Assembly: GCF_902652985.1 (NCBI RefSeq)
Contig: NC_047028.1
Location: 19,964,001-20,028,000, forward strand
Source: Pecten maximus
Lineage: Eukaryota
Direction of reading: 5' to 3'
DNA: 64,000 bases
Shown: one piece after another, positions 44,728 to 57,816 of the stretch
Numbering within the stretch: the first letter of the stretch is position 1
Layout of the letters: every line of letters starts with the position of its first letter
Made by a program: the position numbers and the translations under genes
The notes under the pieces: generated by a model
What the model was told of the DNA's origin: nothing
The model's input: only the letters and a program-made list of their open reading frames with translations
Databases searched by the model: none

Positions 44728-45180
44728 TTTGACCAATGGTATCATCTATTAAAATGTTTTGACCAATGGTATTACTAACCTAATGTATTAGATTTTAAAT
44801 TTCCATGATTATTATAAGAAAAACCTATAGAACCCATAACATTGGAAGAACCAAAGGACCAATAAGAAACTTTATAACATATAATTAGATATTTCCTGGG
44901 AAAACAAAGAGCCAATAGGCACCTTTATAGCATCCTAGACACACCTAAGGGACCAATAGCAAGCTTTGTAACATCCAAGATCATTGGTAAATCCAGGAAC
45001 CAATAGGCAGCTACAAAACATCCTAGACAGAACTAAGGAACCAAAAGAGAGTTTACCCCCAGAAATTATACTCTTGAGATAACTAAGGGACCAAGTTTAA
45101 TTGTAAAATTTCATTTGTATAACCAAGGGACTAACAGAAGCTGTGATCATGTTATTGAATATTGGTCACCAAAGGACCAG
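44728..45180. repeat. Degenerate GACCAAT/AACCAAT array (second copy ~63475-63930)
   Basis: Recurring (A/G)(A/G)CCAAT(A/G)G...AACATCCTAGA...AAGGGACCAA, opposite in orientation to the 40785 array. Confidence 0.7.
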
Positions 45181-48100
45181 TTAATTTTTTTCAACATTCT
45201 TATCTTCATTCTAATCAGAACAAATGTTTGAAATTCTTCCATGGAAAACAGAAAAAAAACTATGGTATCATGTTTGAAAAAGCTCTGGACAAATACTTAG
45301 AACTTTCATATTAATCAATGACTGAACATTATAGGGTTATTATCCTATAAATACATGCATGTGCTTTCATTTTAAAATGGTGCATAATGATTTCAAGAAT
45401 GAAATTTCAAGAATGACATCAATCTAGTTATCTTATACCAAAGGATAGTTACATATTAAAAAGATAGATACAAAACCCTTTATACATATTCTTGAACAAT
45501 ACTTCTATTACTATATTCTATACCGATACAAAAGTGACTTACACACATGCGTACATACACAACAAGCCTGTTCTAAATAGATCAAGAGCAGCCAAATATA
45601 GTTTATGTTTCCCTGAGACCGTCTCCGATGTTGTATCAAATAGAAAAAGGCTGCAAATGGTTTAAAATGGAGGGTGGGGTAGGGGAGACCAATATGGAGG
45701 TGGGTCCTCAAGTGTTAAGCTTAATTATTCAGTCTCTACAACCATTCTTCTGGTGCACAGAATAAAAAAAATGGATACAAATTGAGCATATAATCCTCCT
45801 TTAAAACAAATGATGGTATGCATATGTTTTTTCTGACAATGTTGGGCTTACTCCTGATTTCAGATTTCTTAAAAAAGTATGGATATTTTTATAAAGAGCT
45901 CAATAAGTCATGAAAAGTTAAAATATTTCTAATTTTACTAATACACTAGACTATACTGCATGTCTACAATAGCAGTCAATTTACTTCAAAATTGACCATG
46001 AGAAATAATAAAGGAAGGTCAATACAGGTCAATCGGACCTTTAAAATGACCTACAATCTTATTGTTTTGTTTTTAATTCACTATTCATTTTGGTAGCCAT
46101 AATATCTTCAGCCTATTTTGTTGCCTAAAGAAGAAAGGTCTTTACTGATAGACTATTAAATGAATTCTTAGCACTGATGACAACTGACAAGATATATTTT
46201 TCCAGATCAAAGTTCTTCCAATGATTTATAATTGCTTTTAATTATACATGTTCATCATACATAAATATATACTCTTGGAAATTGTACCCAAGCAAACACA
46301 TGAAATGTATATGCAACTAGCACATATATATGCATGTTTATACTGTTGTTGACATTATTACAATCAATATTTCAAAATACTATCATATTAATTCGAATAT
46401 TTATAAAATCTCTAATGTATACAGACCCAGGTAAAATTCTTGTTTGTTGAAGCCAAATGGTCATGCAAAGAAATTTCAGCAGAATAATAAATAGTTCAGG
46501 CACCAAAAAAGACCTGTTTTAGAAGTTGTGTGATTCCTAAAAAGAGTTTTTAGTAGCTGCGCAAATCCTAATTATGCACAGGGTTGAAAGAATTTTTTTT
46601 AATGGAATGGCTTCTGTAAAGGAAGATAAAATGTGGCCTTTTCCAGGAATCCCAAAATGTTGTAATTACCTGGTAGCAAGTCTATGTAACTTGTTCTGGT
46701 AACTATAAAATTGTGCATATAAAATTTCTGTCAAGAATGACTTTTTCAGGACTTACTTCAAAATAACCTTACTAATAACATTGGCTACTAGAATCTTTTT
46801 TGTCCCTGTAGTGAATCTCAAAATTTTGGGGCCTTGTCTCTTTAAACCTGAGATATATTGAAGTCTGTAATATAAACATATATATATATTCGCAAGTCAT
46901 ATGATTACAGTTGTACTAAAATCATCAGATATTCCGACATATATTCCATGGTGAATGAGTAGTTGTCCGCCTATGTTGTGCTCTATCGCTGCCAGGTACA
47001 TTGCTGTACATTGCTATCATCATGCATGGCCATTTTGTTTGGAGCCTACATAGTCCCCGTAAGCTACCATTATTTTTTCACTCCTATATCGAGTCAATCG
47101 TAAATTCCTACGCACTTCGTTTGTTATAGGTCCACGAAAGCCACCTTTGCGGAGAAGAGAGTCTATTGTCTGTTCTATGTTCCATCCTGTAAGGCAAAAA
47201 AAGAGTGTTGTAAAGGTTACAAAACATTTGGTTTATTTTGTTTAAAATCCTATTAACAGCCACCCTTAGCAAAATGCAATGGCATTAAAATACCATTGAA
47301 ATAGCATTACTTCAAAACCATTGATAAGCCATTGAAATACCATTTATTTAGGTTGATCAATGCTTCTCATGAAGAACCATTGAAACACCATTTGAACACC
47401 ATTGAAACGCCATTGAAATGAGCCGAAATATTTAAATTAGTTTGCTAAATAAGGTATCATGAAACAATGGTATTTCAATGGTTTTTCAATGGTATTTAAA
47501 TGGTATTTTAATGGTATTTTAATGGCATTTCAATGGTCTTGGAAATAAATTTCAATGGTATATCAATGGTTTTAAGAAAAAAACAATGGTAATTCAATGG
47601 CATTCCAAGACTCCGTCTATCTACATGTATCTGAACCCAGGAACCTAGAATAATCAAATCACTTCTATATTCATGGTGTGGTTTTCTAGTGTTCAATTTA
47701 CGGTGTTCATCAAAATTATTAATAAAACTCGAAGGGTGGTAACTCTAAATATGACCTGGGTGTCCTAGGGTGGTGGTAGATTTTTTTACTGGACTATCCC
47801 TCAGACATTGTTTGATCTCCATCAGTCACTCCATTCATTAAGCAGTCAAGCAGATCTTTTCCCTTGAATCTTCTTGGTTTTGTTACATTATGCTGTATTG
47901 TGACTAACATTGATAGGTGAATTGAATAATAGCCCACAATGAATCTGATGATGGGCTAATAATTGAGAAAACATATCCAACTTTAAATAAAGATAACCTC
48001 AGAATATTGCTTCTTTTTCATTTGCATGTGTTTATTTTATTAATTTCTGGTATCCAAAAAGAAGTACATAGAGAAACATCACTGGTGACAATATGTGTTT

Positions 48101-48867
48101 CTTTCAAAATAGCTTTCACCTTTTTGGGCATACTCAAGTATTTGAGATACTCTACAGAAATGCCTAGCTTAAATTTCAGTTTAAAAAAAAAAGAGAAATC
48201 AATACGAAAGCATGGCACATATTTTTTAGATTTTCATATTTGGTAATTATCTTAGACCAATATCATAAGTCAGGACAACTGAAAAAAAAGTCACATTTTT
48301 GTTACCATTGCAACAGTTTCTGGCCATGGTACAACATGCATGTCCGTCCTAGGCCTGTTACAGACATTCTATTTTGTCAAAAATTTAATTTTACATGATA
48401 TGAAACATTTCTGCATGGATAAATATCATAATGTTTTGTATTTTAATCTTTGAATAAATTTTTAAAATTTGGATTTCCGGAGTTGCGTTTTTCTTCTTAT
48501 ATGAATTTGAACAAAGAAACAATTTATACAAAGGAATATGCCATTTCTACAGGTAAGAACAATCCAAAGACATAATGTTTATAACAGAAAAAAAGGTTTC
48601 CTTAAATGCATAGTGGTCCTAAACCAGTATTAAATGTTAATTACAAGAGTGACAATTACATAACAGGAACCGATTTAACAAGATGGACATTTTTGCAACA
48701 TGGTTTAACAGTGTTGTTCCGATGATCGATCATATTTGATATCTAATCGAAAGGCAACCAATTCTTATTAATTGATTATGAGGTTCACTTTCACTTCATG
48801 TACTACCTAGAAGAGAACGACAGTTCTGTATTAGATTAAATTACTACCAATCATGTTATTTAATATA

Positions 48868-49333
48868 ACAAGTACTAATTGTAAGGACAACCGTTAAATT
48901 AATGTCCCCCAAACTACCCCAACGGTCGTAAATAATGATAATGGAAGAGTTTTCACCGAAATCAAACAATATCTAAATTTGGGGGAAAAAAAAACCAGAA
49001 ACCTCAGACAATTTTGTAAGTAGTACCATTCTGATCAGCTTCCCTCAATCCCATATACCAATCTGTACCAAAATCAAACAATATCTAAATTTCGACCAAT
49101 CAGAGGCCACGAAATGGCAGCCATTTTTGAGTTTTGTTCCAAGACATGCACGTTGCACACCTTCTGCCCCCCAAGCAATACTCATGTGAAGTTTCATAAG
49201 GATCTGTCCAATAGTTTAGGAGGAAACTGCCGGACAAGTTCACCATGAAAAGATAGAAGAAAGCTAAAGAAGAATTTAATAAGAAATGAAACAAACACAA
49301 TATGGCCCCCCAACTTTGTTAGGGGGACATAAT
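48868..49333 (-). mobile_element. HINE-like element nested in the CACTA left arm
   Basis: ATGTCCCCCAA sub-TIR (~48902), terminal hairpin CCCCCCAACTTTGTTAGGGGGACATAA, and an internal core (GTGAAGTTTCAT, GGACAAG) like the 9761 element. Confidence 0.65.
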
Positions 49334-49726
49334 TAATTATAAAATATTAATGATAACTGTTCATCGGTGAAGACTGTAACTCTGAAATGGTATGAATGAA
49401 AGATAAGAAACTGCGAGTGAGCGGCAGCTAGACATAAGACAAAATGTCCAAAGAAAAATCCCATTTGTTAAGCATTATGTACGTACTAGTATGCCAACCG
49501 ATTAATCCTTAAATTCATTGTAGAAACTGCTAGAAGGAATGAAATAAATGCAAATTATCAAAATATTTATAAATGTTTGTCCATCAATGTTGAAATATCA
49601 ACTGATTCCCAACACTACTTCTTCAACATCTGGGGACACAAAGCGATACATTTCTGTCGAATTTCTCAAATACTTATAGTTTGTCGTCACCCTCAGACTT
49701 CTTTCTTCCTTTCTGCTCTGCTCCCC

Positions 49727-52700
49727 TTACTTGCAACTCTTTCGTTTTGATAACCTATGGTTCCCAATCTTGTTCTGGATAGCAGTGATGTACTTCTTCT
49801 GGGATAGTTCTTGAAAGTTTAATGCACTGCATCTTGTATGGAGATATTCTGAAAGAATAGTACAATTATTAAGGCATTAATGTCCATTCTTTTAAAGTCG
49901 GTATCAAACTACAAAGTATTAAAGCTGTAATTCACATCCCTCGCTTTCGCCTCAAATTGCGTTAATCAATGGACCATGAGTCACTGCGGCAAAAAATGTC
50001 TCTTTTCGTTAATCAAGGGGTCATAACTCCTGCAAATAATGTCCCAACAAAACCTGCGACCTAGCCCTTTAGGCATTTGACCATGTCACCAACTTCCTTT
50101 TAAGCAAAAGCGGGGGATAAAAATTGAATGCCTTCCTGTTGAACATAACATATATTTCACTCGTATGACAGAACTTTGCGATATTCTGTCATACTCGTGA
50201 AATTACTGAATTACGTAGCTGCTTCTTGCAATTAACAAAAAAGATCTGTCATATTTTAAGTTAATTTCTTTTATAAAAAGCTATATACTGTTTTTTCTTT
50301 TACTCCTGACATTACTCATACCTTGTATAGCCTCTCTCTTGTTGATAGGGAGGGAACTAACACCTTTGCTGGCGGCCATTTCTTCAAATGAAAATACTAA
50401 GTCCAGAACTTTATTCAACAGGTACAATGCTGGATTTTTCATGGATCCAGCCTTGTTCTCTATGCCCCTTAACTGTGATGGATTCACAAGAATTTCAGCA
50501 AAGTGATCTTTGTCATCTGGATCTATGATCAAGGGAACGAGTCTCTGGGAAATATAATAAAGTAAATAGGTTAGGGTACACATTAAAACTTAATACACAA
50601 TGTATTTATATAGCTATATTTTGGATACTTTGCAACAAAAAGATTTTTTTTGTATTTCAAGTTTCTTGAAACAAAGTCATTTTATCAGTTGTGTTGATAA
50701 TTTGCAAGCAAATAAAAACATTTGTTATAATAATTACATAGAATATGAAAGCCATTAATACAGAAATTTAATGTGTACATTTTACTTAACCTGGGATTGA
50801 TACTAGTGGTGGTCAATAATTCTTACTAATTTAAGTTGTTCTAAAGCATGGCAAAGTTGTAAATTAAACAATAACATATTTTTCTAAGAAAGAAATTCTC
50901 TTTCATTTTTAAATCTTTTTCTTTCAAACTGAGAAAATATGTACATGCAAGTAAAAAGACTTGACTTTTAATTGGCAAATTATTCAAATCCACACGTCTT
51001 TGTTGTTACCACTTTAACAAAATTGTCTGATGTCTTGGAAGGACTACTAGAAATTGTTAAGGATCGACTGAAAACTGTATCTGGTATATGTGGTCTTGCT
51101 GGCCACCTGATAAAACAAGTTGTAGTATTTAACACTGTTAACGAAGATTTTATGTGAAAGATAAATATTTCTAGGTACTGCATGAGTATGAGGCATATGT
51201 ACATACCATTTCACTTTTCTGTGCAGATTTGACAGATGATCTTGGATTCCTGTCAAAAACCTGAGTATTTGGCGAGTTCATGGAGTGCTGGTTGTTCCCA
51301 AATATTTCTCTTCCATTAGATTCCCCCTGTTGACGTAATTGCAATGTCAGTAGCTCCAGAAACCCAAGCAAGGTCACTCTTTGGTTGTTGTCCAACTCTC
51401 TAAAGTAATCTATTAAAGGATGAAGAGAAAAAAAAGGAAATTTTCAACAAGAATTAATATGTTAAATCCCTATTTACAAGTATCGATCACTGTGTGATCT
51501 AAATAGTATTCTCAAATTGAATAGTATCATGATCAAGAATATAAGACAATGTCAAGAAGGATTTGTATACAATATGTATAATATACAACCCCTTTTAAGT
51601 TATCAGACAGAGTTTAGAGTTATTATCAAATAGCTGAAAATCCAACTAGTAATTATATGAACAAAGAAAAAATACCAGGCCTCACCGGACAAGCAAAATC
51701 AAATTTCAAATATTTACCTTAATTTGAATTTTAAAATGATATCCAATATATATGACTAGGGCAACAATCCACCAAGGTTACATATTGTAAAATTGGATGA
51801 ATTTATTCAGTCTTCCAAGCCATTGTACTGTACAGACAGATGGATAAAAAAAACATACAATAAAAAGCATGAATTAGATTTTAAGATATATATCGAAACA
51901 CTTTTTATAAATATTTTTTTAACACATACCTGTGATCGGATTACAATGCTGGGACATGGGCATGTGCACTGGATACACTGGGGTACTTGATATTTCATGC
52001 TGTACATCCTCTTGTGATTCCTTCGGGTTATCCCATGAATAATTGGCGTTGTAGCCATAGTACTGGTTTTCACTTCCAGAAGCCGATTGAACTGATGGCA
52101 TTTCTGAATAAGAGAAACCATTGTGGTCCTGGTCATTCAAAACACTAAGGCCAGAAAACACAGCTTGTGATGTTTCCTGTTGACTATCCAAAACCAATTC
52201 TATCTTTTTTGTTGAGTACGCTTTCTTGGAGGGAGTCTTGGAATTTGTAATTGTTACAGAAGTAACTTCTGATGTGCATGTTTCTGATCTTGGCCTAATG
52301 CAAGTGTCAAATAGTCTAGTTTTTGTATGGCTTGTTTTTATGGATGGTGTCTTTTGGGTATCGCGGATAGGTGTGGCTTTGGAAGGAGTCTTTTTGGTCC
52401 CGCGGACAGGTGTGGCTTTGGAAGGAGTCTTTTCAGTCCTGCCGACAGGTGTAGCTTTGGGAGGTGTAAATGTCTTTTTGGTCCCACCTACAGGAGTGAC
52501 TTTGGACGGTGTCTTTTTGGTCCCACCTACAGGAGTGCATGGCTTTGGACGGTGTCTTTTTGGTCCCACCTACAGGAGTGGCTTTGGACGGTGTCTTTTT
52601 GGTCCCACCTACAGGAGTGGCTTTGGACGGTGTCTTTTTGGTCCCACCTACAGGAGTGGCTTTGGACGGTGTCTTTTTCGTCCCGCCGACAGGTGTTGCT

Positions 52701-53841
52701 TTTGAAGGTGTCCTTTCCGTCCTGCTGACAGTTGTGGCTTTGGGTGGTGTCTTTGATTTTTCAGATTCTGACTCGGGCTCACTAGCTACATTGGCAAATG
52801 CAGACATTTCATTAAGTTTTATGATGTCTAGTAATTTTGGTTCTTTCGATTTAACAGGTAGGGGTGTACACGTTTTCCTCTTTTTTTTAGCACTTTTCTT
52901 TTCATATTCATGGTCACCTGCTATAGAATCACTTCTGTCCTTTTTTTGTTCTGGCTGTGATGTATGGTGCTGTATTTCATCACTTGCCTGCAGTAGTCTT
53001 TTAAGCTTGGTCGCGGCTCCTCTTTTTCCTGATTGCTTTCTCTCCTTTGCCAGGGACAAAAGTGTCTCAACAACTCCTTCATCTGTCAGGTTTATGCCTT
53101 CGCTCTTGGTGAAATTCATAAATGCCCGAGCAGATGTTGCACCTGATGAAAAGAAATCAAAACATTTATAAATAATTCGAAGTCTTAAAAAAAGGAAATG
53201 GATACGAATACATTAAATGGTTTAAACATTCACAATAACTCGCACAGTATATAAAAAATATGGCTCGAGCTCGATATATATAACAGCAGTCGTGCATCCA
53301 TAGGCAATTAGTTTATATACTCTACATATACAAATTTACATGAAGCCAAAAATTCAAGGGAAAAAATATGAAAATGCGTGAAATACAGAAAGTCAAAAGT
53401 TGCATCAATTTTGGCTCGTCAATCATCAATGTAGATTATCTCGATCGCGACCTATACAGGTGCCCGATCGCGATCGTACATGTATCAATACACGGCGCCT
53501 AATATTAATGTTCAGTATTGAAACCAAAAAATATTGATTAACGTAATAACATTGTCTAAAATAAAATTTAAACAAAGAGAAATGAACCTTACTTAATCGT
53601 AAAATACTGCATGGATTTTATTTTAAACTTACTTCCAGAGAAAACAGTTGCATGAGCCTTCATACGGTTCGTCCCTTATCGATACTGTTCCGTCTTCATT
53701 AATTTCCTCCGTTGGATAATCTACGGAGACTGTACTTGTTGCTTCGTCTATGCATCTTACAGTTTGTTTTTTGCGGTTGACAATTTGCAGAGCTCTATCT
53801 GCCGTAAAGTATACAACAAGGTAATCTTCTTGTGTCGCCAT
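49727..53841 (-). pseudogene. Transposon-borne BEN-domain gene with 13-aa TPSK repeats, at least 2 frameshifts
   Basis: Exons on the minus strand: 53841-53633, 53142-51930, 51409-51207, 50544-50322, 49848-49727. The C-terminus ALYLLNKVLDLVFSFEEMAASKG..LPINKREAIQEYLHTRC..KYITAIQNKIGNHR fits the BEN helical pattern (recognised by eye, no HMM run). Frameshifts at ~53655 (exon phase mismatch) and a 4-nt insertion at ~52538. Confidence 0.7.
52340..52752 (-). repeat. 39-bp coding repeat (KATPVGGTKKTPS)n, ~10 copies
   Basis: Unit GGTGTCTTTTTGGTCCCACCTACAGGAGTGGCTTTGGAC on the plus strand. Confidence 0.95.
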
Positions 53842-54231
53842 CTTGCTCAAATTTGGTTTTGGCGCAATCGCAGCATCAGTGCAGCAGATATGCTTGAGTA
53901 CAGTACCGGACACGATCGTGGTCAATTTTGTGAAATTATTTTTTTCCTTAATGCTTTAATAGCACCGCAATTTATATTTCTTTATCATTTTTTAAATAGG
54001 TTTAATTTATTTTGAAAGAAAATTTATACATTGTAATATTTCCCTCCCAAAAGAAACTACAGAGTCACGGAAACCTGTTTTTATGCTATGCACATCAAGC
54101 GCTGAGGCGATCAAGATTGAGTCAGGATACATGTGGTTGCATTGTCAACTAAGTAATTCCCATTGCCAATATAATGGAATGGTAAAACCAAGCCAAACTA
54201 CGACGGTAGGAAGAGTGTATGCAGGGAGAAA
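53842..54231. promoter_or_regulatory. Putative bidirectional promoter between the BEN gene and the transposase
   Basis: 390 bp between divergent ATGs; the surroundings (53200-54600) are CpG-rich relative to the window. Confidence 0.55.
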
Positions 54232-57200
54232 ATGGATCAACCGTACGCGTCAACTAGTAAGAAACGCAAGAGAGGACCTTATGGTTCTAAAAAGGTAAGA
54301 TCGCCCCCATGTTCACTGCGCTAGAATCTAACTCAGAACATCAAATGTTTTTGAGATTGTCATATTTTCCTATCCGTCATTTAACTTACCCCTGATCAAG
54401 CATTTTCTTCATGTAGTTTGATTTTCTAACCAATTTTTTCGTCGTATGTTAGACGTAATGCGTACATACTCGCTCGTGCCGAAATGCATCGTTAGGCGTA
54501 GGAATTCTTAGACTTTTTTATAGTATGAAAAGCATAAGCTTACACACGCGGTTAATTAATTAATTATTAGCGGTACATAGTGCCATGCTGAGTCTTTAAC
54601 GTTTTAGGGGTTTGTTTTTTGCTATATTTCTTTGTATTTCCTACTTTATTTTCAAAATTGTTTCCTGAATTCGGTACTAGATTTTAGAAGGATTTTGACA
54701 ATCGTAGACAATTTGGTACATAAATATCCCAAGTTATATTCTTTTCATAATAGGCCTATTAATTAAATTATTATGCACCTGGTCAAACTGGAAAAGCTGT
54801 AAGAAACTGTCCATAAAAAAGTTGGGGAAATTCATAAAGTTTGAAACACAAAGAAAATAAAGCAAAATAAGAAAGAATTATGTGTGACAAAAAATTGGCA
54901 ATTAAATCACTGTATTGGTAAAATTAATAACAAGAAAGGGAATGGAACAACTTTGTATTAGACAGTCTTATCATTTTTGTTTCATAATCATTTCAGGGGT
55001 CTGATGAGGACAAGGATTTTCAGTGCATGAACTTGGTTGTAAAAGAGGACCACAGACTTCAGTCAACTATCAACATTGTTTCCCCAATTGCATCACATCT
55101 GTCAGCTGAACAAACAGTACAGGATGATAATCAGGGATGTGTTACAACCGTTGATGACAAACAATTAACACAAACAGATGATGATGATGATGATGATGAT
55201 GAAATATCATCAGCTGATGATCATGATGAACGATGTCGTGTTACGGATGAGAATATATTTGTTGAACATGAAAATGTCCTCAAGAACACACCTCAGAAAC
55301 CAGCAGGAGCTAACAGTGATGTACAAGACTCTCTGACACATGAGGCTATGGATACTTTTTTCTCCAAGATGGAGGACAAAGATTTGGATGATGATATTGA
55401 TGATTTGATAGACCAAATGTTACATGATAATCAGCTGCGAAACCAAGAAAATCTTGTGAATGATGAACAGACGGCTGTAATTCTTGAGGAAAGGGTTGAG
55501 GTCCTGCGGCAAATTACAGAAATATTTACAGACAGTGAAGAATCTAAAAACCCTGCAAATGATGAATCAACTGGATCAAGCAAGTTATTTCCAGACTCCC
55601 CGTACAGTCTCGGGCTATTGGTACTTCTAATATGTTGTTTCTTGATTCGTTTCCGGTTACCTGATGAAGCAGCAGCATACATGTTGAAAATATTCGCTGC
55701 TGTGCTTCCACAAGGACACAGTTTATTCCGTAGCTTGTATCACTTGAGAAAATTCATAAAGAAATTCACAGAAGACATGTTTCCCACCTTGCATTATTAT
55801 TGTAGTAGCTGTTACTCAAAGGTTGAGAAAAATGACAAAGTGTGTATATCGTGCAGAAAGGATCTCACAAAGTCCGGAGGAGTTGCATATTTTGTACATT
55901 TAAAGCTTATATCACAACTGAGGGCTCTATGGAAAACTCAAGACTTTGTGAATGACGTTAGAAATCACAGATTCCAACACATTAAGAACAATAAAAATGG
56001 TAATCTTAAAGATGTGTATGATGGACAATTATACAAAAATCTTTTCGAAAACGGCATTCTGCAAGAAGAAAATAATTTGTCATTTTCACTAAATACGGAT
56101 GGTGCCCCTCTGTTCAAATCTTCAAATGTAAGCATGTGGCCTGTGTACATGCTTATTAATGAACTTCCCATCGCAAAACGGAAACATCGACAGAATTCAG
56201 TGTTCTATGGTGTTTGGATTTCATCCAAAAAGCCTCAGATGTGGTCTTTTCTTCAACCCCTTTATTCAGAATTGAAACATTTGGAAACTGAAGGGGAAAC
56301 ATTTGAAGACTGTGATGGAAATTCATTCTTGTGTAAATGCTTCTTGCTTACGTGTACATGTGACTTGCCTGCCCGAGCTATGGTATACAATGTAAATCAG
56401 TACAATGGGGATTTCAGTTGCTGGTTTTGTTTACATAAAGGTGAAACACTTAAACTTGATACTGGTGGAATAGTTCATATTTTTCCATACAATAGTAGCA
56501 ATCCAAAAGGAATTCCAAGAACAAAGGAAAGTATTCTTGAAGATTTGACAAAGGTTCAAACCAATGTGGAAAATGGTGTGAAAAAGTTCACAGTTCACGG
56601 ACATAAAGGACCTTTCTGGTTTCTGTATCTGACATATTTCAATGCAGTATATAGTTGTGTGATTGACTACATGCATGGTATTTGCCTTGGAACTACCAAG
56701 CAACTCATGAACTTGTGGTTTGGTGCCTCGAATAAGAGTAAACCGTACTCTGTATATCATGCGAAACAAACTGTTAACAAATTCTTGTCAGAAATTCGTC
56801 CGACACTATTTGTAACCAGGGTCCCACGGCTGATAGATGACATCGCTCACTGGAAATCATCAGAATTTCGTAACTTTTTACTTTATTGGGGTATACCAGT
56901 GATGAGCAAAATCTTGAGAAAGGAATACTTTGTACACTTTTGTTTACTTGCTCGGGCAATCTTTTTGTTGTCCATGGAAAACATATCCCCGGTAGACATT
57001 GCAACTGCTGAGGGAGCTCTTCTTCTTTTTGTAGAGAATTTTGAAAGGTTGTATGAAGCAAGGTATACGACTCTGAATCTTCATCAATTGATTCATTTGG
57101 TTGATTGTGTTAGGCACACAGGACCTCTGTTTGTGAACAATTGTTTTATTTTTGAGGACCTTAATGGGTACATAATCAAACATGTACACGGTACACAAGG

Positions 57201-57816
57201 TGTTGAAAACCAGCTCGTAAATATTATTGGACTTGTAAAGGCCATTCCTATAATGTATGACAGATACTTTAAGGGAATAGATGATTGTGATTATGTTTTT
57301 GAGCTGTATCATGAGTTATCTGACAGTATAGCTTCAAGAAGAATTCATAAACATGAAATTGAAGATGGTATAGTCAGAGTAGGGAATTTATTCAATGGGG
57401 AACTAAGTGATGATGAATTTGCTGCCATTTCTAATTATGGAGTACAGTGTACTAGGAATGTTTCAAAGTATTATAATATCAATATGTATAAGAAGGGGTT
57501 TTATGTATATGGGAAATTGTACAAAAACCTTGTAAAAAGACAGCAGCATGTTATAACATTTTTTCATGAGAATGACTACAAATTTGGATCTGTGGTGTAT
57601 TTCATGGAGTCAAATGATAAGACCGGTAATAAAATCAACCTCGCACTTGTTGAACCGATGAAAAAAGTCAAGTCTGTTGGCAGTGTTTGGAAAATAGAAT
57701 TTAGGAAAAGTTGCATTGCCATCCCATTGAAGTGCATAACTAATATCAACAATTTTGTGGGAATAACTGGTGATTTCTTTGTATGTCCTCCTCCAAATAG
57801 GTATGACCGTGACTAG
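54232..57816 (+). CDS. EnSpm/CACTA-type DDE transposase, 960 aa, 2 exons
   Basis: Exon 1 54232-54294 (MDQPYASTSKKRKRGPYGSKK, NLS-like) splices GT-AG in frame to exon 2 54997-57816. Motifs: CxxC..CxxC, DVYDG, LNTDGAPLFKSS, WPVY..INELP, TCDLPARA, QYNG..CWFC, DYMH, WKSSE, NLHQLIHL, GPL, FIFE..NG. No internal stops. Confidence 0.9.

Larger units (their letters stand above)
39593..45250 (+). repeat. Long direct repeat, copy 1 (at least 5.6 kb)
   Basis: Collinear and near-identical to 58295-64000. The ORF track shows paired ORFs 41347/60085, 41639/60377, 42939/61686, 44065/62811 and 44174/62920. Confidence 0.97.

Noticed and set aside
52226-53171. Plus-strand ORFs of 159, 133 and 220 aa
   Set aside because: They are antisense shadows of the 39-bp coding repeat; splice signals support the minus strand.
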